NCBI GenBank assembly: GCA_025558095.1
Contig: JAIVFI010000025.1
Location: 434,001-498,000, forward strand
Direction of reading: 5' to 3'
DNA from: Hyaloraphidium curvatum SAG 235-1
Lineage: Eukaryota > Fungi > Monoblepharomycota
Length of the DNA: 64,000 nt
Below are positions 32,311 to 44,788 of this stretch, piece after piece (position 1 is the stretch's first letter; each line of letters opens with the position of its first letter). A model generated the notes under the pieces. It made no database searches. It saw only the letters and a program-made list of their open reading frames with translations, and had not been told where the DNA came from. A program made the translations under genes and the position numbers.

Positions 32311-34663
32311 GATCGGAAGCCACTGGTGAGTGTCCAAATCACCCGCGTCCGCTCCACCCAGTCATCTCTCCCCGCTGTCGCTCCACCTGCGAAAGGCATC
32401 TCAAGGTCAGCAGCGGGTCTGGAGTTGTTCCTGACGGTTCCGCGCGGAAGACAGGGGCCGTCGCGCTCAAGCAGCGTCATCTTTCAGGCAACCCCCGCGA
32501 TGTCCAAGCCGCTCCCCGTGCCGCCCGGCGCGGACCTCTCCCGCTCCGGCACGATCGACCCGAACTACGGCTTCCCCGGCTTCAAGATCCCGTCGCCGAC
32601 GTCGCCGCAGGCCGACGAGGCGCGCGGCGAGCGGCACCTCGTCGTCTCGAACCCCGACTCGATGCGGCGGAGCAAGGCGCGCCGCGACTCGGCGACGGCG
32701 CATGCCGGGCAGGCCCACGACGAGGGGAACGGGGGAGCGACGGTCAGCTCGCCCGCGGAATCGCACCACTCGTCGGCAGCGGTGCCCGAGACCCCCGCGG
32801 ACCCCGACCTTCCCGCCGCCTCGGAGCCCACCACTCCCGCAGTCACGCCGGCGGCCAGCACCGCCGCCTTCGCCTCGTACCCCGTCCCCCGCGCCCTGCT
32901 CGGCGGCCCCGCGGCGTCGACCGTGCCCACGGGATCGACGGGGGCGTCGACGCTGCTGTCGGCGGTGAGCGAAAAGACCGTGGGCAAGGTGGCCAGGGAT
33001 GAGAGGGCGGTGGTGGGCGCGCTGGTGATGGGGATCTCGCAGACCGTCGGTGCGTGGGCTTTTCGCGATCAGGGGCACAGACCTTGCTGACCGCTTCGGA
33101 ACTCGCCCGTGCAGTCAACACGGCGTTCATGATCGCGCTCATGGTGGTCCACAGCCAGGTGATCAACTGGCTGCCCACGCTCGCTGGGAGGTTCGCCCCG
33201 AGCTCGGCCCAGGCCTGGTGGGTATTCGCGGCGCGAGATCGGTCCAAACTGAACTGATCGTCCGTCCGATGAACCTGTCCCACAGGTTCGACGTCCTCGT
33301 CGCCTTCCAGACCCTCATGGTCTACCACGGCCTCTTCCTCGCGGCGCAGTACGTGGGCCTGGCCCTGCTGTGGGACAGCGTGCGCTCCACGAACACGCTC
33401 GAGCTGCTCGGCTTCTTCGTCTTCCAGGCGTGCTCGTTCGCCTACACCGTCGTGCAGGTTCGGAGCTACGGGGGTGTCGCCCGCATGTTCTGCCTGCTGA
33501 CGAAAGTCACCCTGCAACGTTGTTCTCCGAACAGGTGGTCCAGGAGCAGTACCTCGACCGGCTCATCGTCGTCGCCTGGCCCGACGCCGACTACGGCGCA
33601 TCCGAGGGCGCACGGTTGTACCGGATCCACTTTATCCTCTCTTGCACCATCCTGGCCATCAACGGGGCGTTCCTGCTGGGGTGGGCGGTGCTGGGGAGGA
33701 GGATGTACGTGGATTGGTGGGTTGGATGGCGGGGCGGCGTCGGTTCTGCGCTCGGAGCTGACGTACGGGACTCTCCTGTGCTACTCACAGGGGTTGGAAG
33801 AAGTACCGCAGGGTCGGCGCGGACATGGCCGTGAGGCGTGGGTGCCCGTGCGGCCTGCGTCAGCGATCGCGGCCGCTGACATTCACAGCATCGTATCCGC
33901 ACCCACAGGCCGGGTCTTCTGGCACCAGCTCTACGTGCTCCTTCTGAAGGTGGACCTGTTTTTCTTCGTCGGCTTCGCGGTGGTGGGTTGACGCGGACGG
34001 TTGCCGATCGGGACCTCCAGGATTGATCTACCCCTCGTCTTGCTCACCCACAGCAATACATCAACATGGTCGCCGGCAACTTCTTCTACGACCCCTCTAC
34101 CGGCTTCGTTGCCGGCATGTCGATTGTCGCCGCCGCGGTGGTGCTGGTCGTCGTCGCCGTTGGGCTTTTTGCGGTGCGTCGGATCTAACACTACGATCGG
34201 GGTACATCGGCTGACTACGCGATGCCCGACTTCCTTACCCGACGATCACCGGGACGATCCTGTCGCACAGGCCCGCCTGCAATCGGTCCCCCTCCTCGCC
34301 CTCTTCCTCTGCGGCCTCCTCGCCGGCATCGGCTTCGACAGCTACCTCTTCTGGCTCGTCTTCGCCTCCCCCTCCTCGTTCGTGTTCGACGGCGCCCGCG
34401 GCGGGATGAGCGTGTTCAGTGGGTCCCCTTTCCCCGCTTCCGTGATCGCGCGCTGACCACCTCGATGTGCAGTGGCCATCGCCCTCGCCGCCGCCGTCGC
34501 CACCCTCGCCGTGTCCGCGATCAACCTGCGGTACTTCATCGCCGGGACAAAGCTGCGGTGGAAGGAGCTCAGGCTGGAGCACGGGGAAAGGGAGGCGAGG
34601 AGGAGCACGGAGGGGTTGAAGGAGGGCAAGGGGGAGGAGGCGGGGCGGTGGGGGATCGATTGA
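32311..34663 (+). repeat. Inverted segmental duplication, arm A (partner 46159-48526)
   Basis: Reverse complement of 46159-48526; near-identical from ~32419 to ~33720, more diverged in the later introns. Confidence 0.95.
32500..34663 (+). CDS. Multi-pass membrane protein, UPF0658-like, copy A (~9 exons)
   Basis: Disordered N-terminus, then TM exons with NTLELLGF, GWKKYRRVGAD, QLYVLLLKVDLFFFVGF. Confidence 0.75.
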
Positions 34664-35041
34664 GGCGTCGCATTGGAGGGGAGCGACGGCGAGATCTTTA
34701 GCGTTGGATGATGCGCGGAATAGGCGGAGCGTCTTTCGTTGTACTCGCTGCGATCACGGTGACGCCGTCCTTTCCCAATGTAAGCGACGATATCGTTGGA
34801 AAAGAAGAGCTAGCTGTGTCTGCGCTGGAACTTTGAGAAGGTGAGCAGGCTTCGAGGCCCAAAACGATTTGCACTAAATTGCACAGTGCGAAGGAAGGCG
34901 GCGATGGGGTTAAGGCATCGCACAGTTCCTTGTAGGGTCGGGGAGATTTGAGGAACCCTGCTGGTCTTGGCCGCATGACGCGGGTGGCGTAAACAGACGC
35001 AAACAAACGCTCCCTGCACCCCGGCGGCGGCCGATCCGGCG

Positions 35042-37279
35042 ATGCAGGGCTCCGCCGCCGCCGCGGACCCGTTCGAGCTGCTGTTCGGCCGCGGGCAATC
35101 CGGGTCCCCGACGCCCCCGCTGTCGAACTCGCCGACCCCCCCGGATGGCGACGAGCTGCGGTTCCGCTCGGGGGGCGAGGCGGCGCTCCTGGCTGCCTTT
35201 GTCGATCTGGTTGCTTCGCGGACAACGTGGCTCCAGCGGGCGGCGACGCGCGAGTGCCTGCTCGCCCTGGGCGGCGAAACGCGGTCCGAAGACTTGCGGT
35301 CGCGCGACCTCGGCTCGCCGTCGCCACGCTTGAATGACTTCTACACGAACCCGCTGTTCATTGCTGCCGCCGCTTGGTTTGGCGGCCGTGCGGCGCTCGA
35401 GGCCGGCGGCGCCCCTTCGGACCGTCGTTTCTCGGAGCTGCCCATGTCGGAGCTCCTGCCCGCCCTGGAGCGGCGCTTCGTGCGGCGGCTACGGACAGCC
35501 CTGGCGCGCTTCTGGACGGCCGCCAACGCTGACGGCGGCCGTGCGCGCCCAGAGACCCTCCAGACCGACGACACGCTCGTGCTCGCGTTCACGTTGACTA
35601 TGTCGGGCACGGTCTTTATGGCACTCATGTCGCGGCTTTCGGCGGCCAGGGCCATGGTCCGCCAGAACGTGGCCATCTTCCGGCGGACGCGCGTGCCCGG
35701 CGAGGTCGGTTTCGACCCAGGCATCGCTTCCCTGGACGAGCTGCTCCTGCACCAGCACTGGCTCGACTCATTTTGGATAACCGCCGCGGTCGACTGCCAG
35801 CTCGCCGCGGTCGTGCACACCGCTCCGCTGTGGGACCCGCCGAACGAGTTCCCCACCGTCCCGTTCCCGCTCCCGGCTGCGGCGCTGGCCGCGGTCCCGG
35901 CGCCCTCGCAGCGCCAATCGGGTGGACAAGTGCCCACACAATTCCTGGCTCTCCAGGCGCCCTTCCGGTGCCGCGAGTATTTCCACTGGCTGCGGCAGGA
36001 TGCCCCTGATGCCGTGGATGTGTTCGCACGGGATCGTGTGCTGGACTATTGCCTCGGCGACAACGCGGTGTATTCGACCTTCAACCTGGGGTCGATGCTG
36101 CTGTATGCCGTCATGCAGGTGGACCTGTACGTGGCATGGCTGGCGGACGAGTGCGGGCTGGGACTGGTGGAGGTACTGGTGGCCGAGGAAGCTCTGGAAG
36201 CGCGGCACCGTGGCGACTGGGCGGCCGACTATTTCGTCGAGGACCTGCTTGCCAATCTGCGGATGGGGGAAGCCATCCGGCGGCGGCGACACCTTTGGGA
36301 GGCCGTCCGCCTGATCGAGGAGCGGTTGCCGGCGGACCTGCGGGCGGCTGCCGACCGTAGCGACTACGCGGCGCTGTCGGCGATGCTCTCGGCGCTGCCT
36401 GGACGGTCAGGCCAGCAGGTCCTTGCGTTCCTTATCATGCTCCGCCTGCTCGCCGTCTCGCTCGTCAGCCCCGCCCCCGCGGATGGCGACGCCGCCCAGC
36501 CGTACCTCCCTTCGGACGACGGCGAAGCTGCGCGCGACGATCCGGCTCTTTCGCGGTGGTTCGCCTCCCCAAGCTTCAGCGAAGCATGCCGCCGCTCGGC
36601 CACCGCGGCGTCCAACATGCGCATGCTCTCGCTGCACCTCGCCTCGGAGCTCCGCGGGAACTTTATCCTCGCGACATTTGCGTGCACCGCCGCCGCGCGC
36701 GCGGCGCACTTCCACCTCCTCGCCCTCCTCCGGCTCCCCACGCTGCTCCCCTCGGCCTCGCCCGACCTCCGAGCGCAGGCACCTGCCCTCCGCGCCGCAC
36801 TCGTCGCGGACGTTGCAGCGTGCCTGGACCTGCTCGACGCCCCGGACCTGCCTCCGCACCCGCACCGCGCCGCCGCATCGGCGCTGCGATCGTTCCTCGC
36901 CGGCGCCGCGGCGGGGTTGGAGCCGGGAATGCTCCGCGCCGAATCCCAGAACGGCGGGTTCTGCCCCCATGCCGGCGGCGCGGGGAGGGACGGGGCATGC
37001 TACCTCTGCGCAGCTGAAGGATCGGGAGGCGGGGACGGAGAGGATCCGGTGGCGGGGTTGCCGGAGTTTGCCATGGCCGGGGGCAAGGGGCGCAGGGTGC
37101 GGTTCGCGGATGGGGTGGAGGTGGGAGAGACGTACGGCAAAGAGGAGTACGCGCGGGCCGGAGAGGCGGAGGAGGAGGTCGACACCGCCGGATGGCGGGA
37201 GGCGCGCACCGAGGCCATCAGGATGCTGCTTGAGGCGAGGGACATGGGGGTGCCGCCTGCGGGGAAGACGGGGGGCTGA
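35042..37279 (+). CDS. Hypothetical protein, helical fungal TF middle-region-like, with C-terminal PP1-docking-like motif
   Basis: 745-aa intronless ORF with coding-like composition; RRVRFADGVEVGETYGKEEYAR near the C-terminus. Confidence 0.6.
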   Translation: MQGSAAAADPFELLFGRGQSGSPTPPLSNSPTPPDGDELRFRSGGEAALLAAFVDLVASRTTWLQRAATRECLLALGGETRSEDLRSRDLGSPSPRLNDFYTNPLFIAAAAWFGGRAALEAGGAPSDRRFSELPMSELLPALERRFVRRLRTALARFWTAANADGGRARPETLQTDDTLVLAFTLTMSGTVFMALMSRLSAARAMVRQNVAIFRRTRVPGEVGFDPGIASLDELLLHQHWLDSFWITAAVDCQLAAVVHTAPLWDPPNEFPTVPFPLPAAALAAVPAPSQRQSGGQVPTQFLALQAPFRCREYFHWLRQDAPDAVDVFARDRVLDYCLGDNAVYSTFNLGSMLLYAVMQVDLYVAWLADECGLGLVEVLVAEEALEARHRGDWAADYFVEDLLANLRMGEAIRRRRHLWEAVRLIEERLPADLRAAADRSDYAALSAMLSALPGRSGQQVLAFLIMLRLLAVSLVSPAPADGDAAQPYLPSDDGEAARDDPALSRWFASPSFSEACRRSATAASNMRMLSLHLASELRGNFILATFACTAAARAAHFHLLALLRLPTLLPSASPDLRAQAPALRAALVADVAACLDLLDAPDLPPHPHRAAASALRSFLAGAAAGLEPGMLRAESQNGGFCPHAGGAGRDGACYLCAAEGSGGGDGEDPVAGLPEFAMAGGKGRRVRFADGVEVGETYGKEEYARAGEAEEEVDTAGWREARTEAIRMLLEARDMGVPPAGKTGG

Positions 37280-37961
37280 TGCGCGGCGCTGAGGGGCGTG
37301 GAGGGGCGCCGTGCGCATGCGGAAGTGCGCGGAAGGACCGCTGGCCGTATTGCGGATCAACTCGCTTTGGCCCTTCGGCCAAAGGTCGCGCAACCGCGGC
37401 ACTGTAACGTGGCCCATGGAAGGCACAATCGACGTCGTATGCTCATCTACCTTCTCTTGCTCCTCTGACAAGGCCAAACAGAGGCGGATGCCTTCGCGCG
37501 GACGGTCCGACCGGTCCGCACTGCTGCATCAGCCCTCAGATGATGGCCAAGCCGCCAACGGAGAGCGGCGACCACTCCGCGACCAGCCGCATCCTCCGAC
37601 GACACGCTTTGCGAGAATGATCTTTCCCTTCTGCATGTTGGAGAAAATGAGCGGACGTGCGTCGCAACGGCCGGTTGACTGCGTCGGCACGATTCTATCC
37701 CGAGCCTAGTCGGCGAGTCGGGACCTTCCGGCCAATGCCGCCGTCGCACTCCCCCGCACCCCAAATCGGCAACAGCTTCGAACGGTGCGGATAACAACAC
37801 GCGATGTCTTCGCCGGTTTTTCCACTGGCTCATTGGAGCGCCGGCCACCAGGAGCGGAGAAGCGGAGTGAGCGCTTAAATGGAGCCACCAGCCGGTCAGA
37901 AGACCCTGGCGGGGGCCGACTCCTCAGCATTCCGGCCAGCAGCAAAACCCAAAGCTGCGGC

Positions 37962-37967
37962 TATAAA
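37962..37967 (+). promoter_or_regulatory. Putative TATA box of the carboxylesterase gene
   Basis: TATAAA 60 nt upstream of ATG 38022 in a GC-rich context. Confidence 0.4.
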
Positions 37968-38021
37968 GGCAGAGACAGCTAGCCGCGCCCGTCAAACGCT
38001 CACCGCCAAGCTTCTGCGACA

Positions 38022-39933
38022 ATGCTCCGCCCCGCCGCCGTGCTCGCCGGCCTCGCCGCCCTCCTCTTCGCCGCGCCCGCCGCGCTCGCGCAGAACGTGG
38101 CGCTGGACTATATCACCCTCCAAGGCGCCACGGCTTCCGGCACCTCCAGCTGGAAAGGAATCCCGTACGCGGCCGCGCCCGTCGGGAACCTCCGCTTCCG
38201 CGCTCCGCAACCGCCGGTGGCCGTCTCTGGGGTCTACAACGCCACGGCATACAAGGACGGCTGCATTGCCTCCCAGATGACCGGCTCCCTGCCACGCCAG
38301 AAGCGCCAGAGGCCCCCGATTGGCGGCGGCTCGACCTCGGAGGACTGCCTCACGCTCAACGTCATCGTGCCTGAGGGGACCACTGAGGGGGCCAACCTGC
38401 CCGTGATGGTCTGGGTGCACGGCGGCGCCTTCATGTCCGGCAGTGCCTCGGGCAGTGAGTATCGAAGCGCCCGCTCGCGGTCGCCGGAACTGACATTGCT
38501 CCCTTGCAGCCGACGGCGCGAGCCTTGTGGTCGCAAGCAACGGTACCATTGTCTTCGTTTCGATCCAGTACCGCCTGAACGTGTTCGGCTTCATTGGAGG
38601 CGAGGAGGTCATCCGCGAGGGCGTCGGCAACCTGGGACTGCAGGACCAGGCCGCGGCGTTCCAGTGGATCCGCAAGTACATCTCGAAGTTCGGCGGGAAC
38701 CCCAACAACATCACCGCCTTCGGCCAGTCCGCCGGCAGCCGTGAGTGGCACACCTCCCTCCGCATGGTCGCATTCTGATCGCCATTCCCGTCGCCAGAGT
38801 CCGTCGCGCTTCAGACGATCGCCTACAACGGCACGCAGAACCTTTTCGACCGCGCCATCATGGAGTCGGGCACCTACGTTTCGTTCCACGACATCTACAA
38901 CGCCACCGAGCAGGCACTCGGCTTCGCCCAGGTCGCCGCGGGCGTCGGATGCGGCAGCAACGCCACGCTCGCCTGCCTCAGGACCGTTTCGGCTTCCAAC
39001 CTCTCGTCGGCGTCGGCAGGGCTGAATTGGAGACCCATCGTGGACAAGAAGCTGTTTTACGACGCTCCGATGAAGATGGTGGAAGCTGGCCGGTCGCAGA
39101 ACCTCCCGATCATACTCGGAACGACCACCAACGAGGGCACGATGTTCGCGTCGTCGGCAACGGACTTTGTCTCATTCCTCAACACCAACTTCCCCTCCCT
39201 CAACGCATCCTCGATCGCGGAGGTGGAACGGCTCTACCCGGCCTCGGCCTTCAACTCGACCACCCTGCGCGCGGCCGAGGTGTTTGGAGACGTAGTGTTT
39301 GTCTGCCCGTCGGAGAACTATGCCGCCATCTACGCCACCAGGGGCGTCAATTCCGTCTACGACTACCGGTGAGTCGCATGCCGGACTATAGTTCTCGCCG
39401 AAACCGGGTTGCTGATCCGATTCCCGCCCACCAGCTGGGACTACGCCACCTCGTCGACCAACGGGGCCGCACACGGCGCCGAGATCTCCTTCGTTTTCAA
39501 CGCCGCCAAGACCACCGAGTCCGAGGACCTCCTCGCCGACGTCTCCTCGGCCTACTGGCGCTCCTTCGGCCGCACCGCGGACCCCAACACCTATCGGTAC
39601 CCCAACTCGACCGCCTGGCCCCTGTACAAGAACGGCACCAGCACGCAATTGTTGATGACCACCCCGGCGCTGCAGATGACCACCGTGGTCGCAGGCGCGT
39701 ACATGCCGGGGCACGCGGAGCGCTGCGCTTTCTGGCGCCAGTACGAGCTGGGCCAGGCCGCGGGGTACTACAACGCCTCGGCCACGGTGCTGCCCACGGG
39801 CACGGCGTCGACGGTCGCGCCCACGGCGACGGTGTCGACGACCAGCAGGCCCGCCGGTGCCGGCAGGGGTGCGGGGCGCGCGGCGGTGGAGATCGCCGCG
39901 ATCGTGGCCGGCGCCGCCGTTCTTCTGCTTTGA
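38022..39933 (+). CDS. Secreted type-B carboxylesterase/lipase, probable GPI or C-terminal anchor (4 exons)
   Basis: Signal peptide, GIPYAAAPVGNLRF, SEDCLTLNV, WVHGGAF, GQSAG, NEG, HGAEI, Ser/Thr stalk and hydrophobic tail. Confidence 0.93.
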
Positions 39934-40088
39934 TCGATGCTCGTCGTTGGATTTAGAAGCTTGCTGTAATTCGAAGGGGAAGAGCGCAGGATAGAAGCCG
40001 GTTTCGCACTTGAACGTGCTCTATTGTCCACGGGATCTCCGATCCAAGACACGCAACTGCCCAGGCAAAGATGCGAGTAGCTCCAGCT

Positions 40089-41241
40089 TCAGGGGGCGAG
40101 AATGTTGTATCTGCCCGACGCAGCAACCAATCAGATCGGCTCGACATGTCCGGAGGAGGAAGAGACCCACCCGCCGTCGACAAAGTGCACCCCGCCCGTG
40201 ACCGACTTCCCCCCCTCGCTGAGCAGGAACAGCGCCATGTTGCCCACGTCGCCCTGGTCCGCGGGCTCGGGGAGGGGGAGCTTCTTCTTGTAGGCCTGTG
40301 GACAGCAAGTGCGAGCACTGTGTCAGCACGCCGAAACAGCGAAGGACGGCGATCCCGCAAGCCGCCCACCGCCTGCGTCTCGTCGAAACCCTCGATCCCG
40401 CTCGCCGCCCTCGTCGGGATCGCGCCGGCGCTGATGGCGTTGACCCTGATCCCCCTGGGTCCGAGCTCCGCGGCCGCGTAGCGCACCGAGGCCTCGAGCG
40501 CGGCCTTGCAGGGGCCCATGATGGAGTAATGCGGGGCGACGACGGTGGTGCCGTAGTACGCTGCGCACGGGGTCGATCAGTTGCGGCGATTCCATCCTGA
40601 GGAACGAATGGCACGAGATGTCCTGCGCGCGTGGCAGCCATCAGCGCCGATCGGCCCTCGACCTGCGTGCGGGGCGCCCACCATTGCCTTCTGGAACCCC
40701 GCCAGCGACGAATCCACCACCCGCCCGCGCAGGTCGTCCCGGGGGGCGAACGCGATCGAGTGCACGAGGAAGTCGATGCGGGGCCACTTGTCGGCGACGG
40801 CGCGGAAGAAGGCGTCGAGCTGCCTGGGGAGCGGAAAGGGGGGGCGGATGAGGTCAGAGAGGGAGACGGGCGGGGGGAGGGGAGGAGGTACCCTTCTTTC
40901 TCGACGTCGAGGGGGAGGATGATCGGGCTCGTGGGAGAAAAGGACGCGCATCAGAGCCCCGCGACACGGACGTCCGCGACCCCGTCCCACCTCTTGATCT
41001 TCTCGGCCAACGGGCGCACGTATTTTTCAGCCTTTTCGTTGAGGAACGACACGGCGCACTCTGCCCCCGCGCCGTGCAGCTTCTGCGCAATGCCCCAGGC
41101 TTTCCCCGGCGGGGCGTCAGGCCGCGTACGTGGCGGTCGGACGCGGCAGGGCCCACCGATGGACTGCTCGTTGGCGATGCCGATGACGACGCCGCGCTTG
41201 CCGGACATGTCGAACGGGGAGAGCGAGCCGGTGGAGAGCAT
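40089..41241 (-). CDS. fabI: Enoyl-ACP reductase FabI-like (intron-rich)
   Basis: GIANEQSI|[23 protein letters not shown], catalytic [45 protein letters not shown]|GYNI. Confidence 0.87.
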
Positions 41242-42053
41242 GGTGCGGCGGCGGCGGGGCTGTGCGCGGGGCAAGGGGTGATGGGTGTTCGAGGTGGTGG
41301 TGGATGACTCGAAGCCACGTCAGCGCTCCTTCTCCGCTCCACAAAACAAACAAAGGATGCCGCGCGCCGAATCTCGCGGCCGCCTACTGCGCTTTGGCCG
41401 TACGGGCCGCGGTTTCCGACAACCCGAAGTCACCAGCCGCGGACGGCGGCGATGCGCTGCCTCGGGTTCGGCGGCCGCTGCTCCTCGGACGACGCCGGGG
41501 CGCAACTCGCGATCCGCGCGACATCGCCGGAATCTCACCGCCACGGGCCAGCGGCGCATTTGGACCGTGATGACAAGGACCTCCCCGCCTCCCCAGCCGC
41601 CGAGCAGTCGCCGTTTTTCCGCCTGGGTGCCAACGCCTCGGATACCGCCGCTTCGCCTCCGACACAGTGCGCGAAAGAAGCGGGGAGCTCGGAGGAGCAT
41701 CTACCCCGTCGCCGGTCGTTTGCACGGGGTTGGAAAACCCCACGCGGGTTGACTCAATATGGCCGGACGACGCTGCGAGGACGGGCGCTTTCGGACGCAC
41801 GACCGGCGGCGGGAGCGGCGGCGGCGATCTGGCCGGAGTTTGTCGGGGCATCGTGCCTGCGCGCGCGGCCGCCGGGGCCTGCGACGCCACCTTGCCTCCG
41901 GATTCTGGCTTTCCGCTTGGGATGCACGGACCTGGAGACCCTGGTGGTGCAGGCCCAGACCGCCCCCTTTGCCGACCGGACCCCATCCCTCTTCCGCGGC
42001 GTGCAGAGCCAGGCGGCAGGCCGCCGGCGGCAGTTCCGTCCCGGGCGGCCGCG

Positions 42054-44208
42054 ATGAGCGAGCGCGCGCCGCCGCCCGGCCCGCTGGGCCCGTTCCCGCC
42101 GTACTCGTACTATGGCACGCCCGGCGCCGTGCCCTCGCCCGGCCTGGCCGACCCGTACGGCGGCTCGCCCGTCGGCACGCCCGGCACGCCCGACGAGGAC
42201 GGCAGCGAGAAGAAGAGGCGCCGCAAGGAGCGGATCAAGGTCGCCTGCGACTCGTGTGAGTGGCTCATCCGGGGCAGGCGGGCGTGCGGGGACGGCGGGG
42301 CGCCTCGGCCACCGGTTGCGGGCACGGAGCCGCTCGCCGGGGCCGCGGAGGGGCCGCCGGGCGGGATGGGGTTTTCCCCGGGGAGGCGGGGCCGTCCGGG
42401 GTGGCCGTATTGGGCGGACCAGGGACGCCCGCCGCCACTCGCGGAGCACTTGAAGAGCGCCCGTGGAGCACCGGCAGAGGCGGAGTCTTCCTTGTGGCCC
42501 GCTCGCCGCCGTTGCCGCCGCACCCCGAGAGCCGTCGCGCTGACGCCACCCCCCGGCACCAGGCAACAGGTCGAAGCACTCCTGCGATGGCCAGCGCCCC
42601 TGCGCCCGCTGCAAGCGCGCCGAAAAAACCTGCACCTACGAGCGGGCGCAGGTCACCAACGCCCTGCGCTCCAAGGCCGAGCCGAGCGGGTCGCCCGACC
42701 TCGGCTCGCCCTCGGGGAGCAGCGTGACCTTTTCCCCCGCCATCAACCCGCCCCCGCCCGCCCCCGCCGGCGACGCCTCCATCGTGCCGTATCTCAACAC
42801 CAAAATCGCGCACCTGGCGGGCTTCATCAACCCGCGCACCGTGCGCGTGACCCCCCCGCACGTGCCCCCGACCCCCGCGGAGCGCGCCGCCGTGCGCTCG
42901 CTTGCGGCGCAGCTGCTGCAGATCGCGCCCCCCGGCACGAAGCTCCTCAGCGAGCTCCGCACGGGCGAGATCATCTCGGGCGACCCGGCCGGCTTCCCCG
43001 CCGGCTTCCTGTCCTGGCCGCGCGACGGCAAGCCCGCGACCTTCAAGATCGACGGCGCGGACATCGACGGCTTCGTCGTCTGGCACCAGCCCGACGGCGC
43101 GGTGCCCGAGGAATACTACGCCGGCTGCGTCTGGGTGCTCCGCAGCCCCCCCGCGCAGCCCGTCCCCGCGCCCTCCTTCGCGGTGCCGCAGCACCCCCTG
43201 CACCACTCCCCCGACTTTTCCTCCCAGCCCTTCCCCTCCCCGCCCATCACCCACTCGTTTTCCGACAGCTCGATGCGCGCGCCCTCGCTGTACGACGGCA
43301 TCGGCCGGCAGGGCGTCTCCCCCGCCGCCGCCCCCCCCTCGCCGGACCACGCCCCCGAGCTCCGCAAGACCTTCCGCCTCCTCGTCCCCGTGATCGACGC
43401 CAACGACGCCGCCGCGCTGATCGAGGACGCCTTCGGGCGGTGCGTGAGCGCCAACGCGCGGTTCTGCTCCACCTTTGGCATCCTCGGCCCGCCCGAGAGC
43501 CTGGTGGGGCAGCAGGACTGCTCGGTGCGGTACGTGGCGCCCAAGACGGACGATCCGGCGGGGTTCGAGGCGGCGCAGAGGGAGGCGACGGCGGCGAAAA
43601 ACACGGCGAGCGGGGACGGGTACGAGTTCAGGCTGGCAGACGGGAGGATATTCCAGCGGGACTACGTGGCCGTGGTGTCGTCGACCGAGCCGCCCGAGTA
43701 CGCGGGGCACATTTGGCTGTACGTTTTGCACGGCCGCCCCGCTTTTGCTCCGCTGACATCCCCTGTTTGCAGGTTCCGCGACGTGACGCTCCAAAAAGCC
43801 TGGGAGGTCGCCCGCACCTCCTCGGGCCAGCACCGCCCGCGCTCCTGGTCCGAGCTGACCCCCGAGGAGCAGGAAGCCGCGCAGCAGACGGCCTCGCTGG
43901 TCGAGGACGACCAGCGCCGCGTTGTCCTGACCAACCGCGCCTTCACGGAGCTCTTTTCCGTGCCCGTGCCGCCCGATGCGCTGATCGGGACGGACTGCTC
44001 GCGCTCCGCGGACCAGGCGAAGCACCTGTTCATGGATCCCGAGACGTTCGTGGCGCGGATCGAGCAGATACTGAGGGAGCGCAAGGTGGTAAGGGGGGAG
44101 CTGCTGCAGATGCGCGACGGGAGGATGCTCGAGAGGGACTACATGCCGTGCTGGCTTGAGTCCGATTATTTAGGCCACGCGTGGACTTATCGCATCAAAT
44201 ACCTCTGA
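42054..44208 (+). CDS. Zn2Cys6 transcription factor with two C-terminal PAS domains (3 exons)
   Basis: ACDS|CNRSKHSCDGQRPCARCKRAEKTC across intron 42256-42562; in-frame 54-nt intron 43719-43772; two PAS/PAC repeats with DGRIFQRDY and DGRMLERDY. Confidence 0.87.
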
Positions 44209-44415
44209 GGGTGGTGTGGTATGGACTTGCCGTCGTGGTCGGTTATCTTGGCCACGCCTCAGACGTACAGGGTCAAGTGCGTGTGAAGCGGACGGCGGAT
44301 GGGGCAGGGGAGGATGGGCAAAAGGCGGGGATGGATGATTGGGGAGAGCGTTCTGTTTCTTCTAGCCGTGAAAAACGATGCCGAGATCTTCTACACGGCC
44401 TGCCGCTCCGTCCCG

Positions 44416-44756
44416 TCATCTCCGCCTCCGCCGCGTCTGCGGCCCGTCCTGCGGCGCCGGCTCCGCCGCCTGCTGCCCTGCCTGCTGCGCGAGTGCGCCC
44501 CCGTAACCCCCGCCCGCCTGCTGCTCGAGCTGGATCTGCGCCTGCTGCAGCTGCGCGGCCTGGTGGACCGCCTGGATCTGCTGCAGCTGCTGCAGCTGCT
44601 GCGCCGTGGCGGCCTGGCCCATCATCGGGCCGTAGGGCGAGTTCCACGGCGGCGCGCCCTGCCATCCGGCGGCGACGGTGGTGTACGGGTTCAGCATCAT
44701 CGCCGGCGGCGGGGGGTAGACGTTCGGGTAGGGGTCCGCGTATGGCAGGTGGCCGG

Positions 44757-44788
<32 letters not shown>

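Noticed and set aside
41667-44159. 830-aa ORF
   Set aside because: Includes exon 1 of the Zn-PAS gene, then reads through the intron into an Arg/Pro-rich off-frame; a GC artefact.
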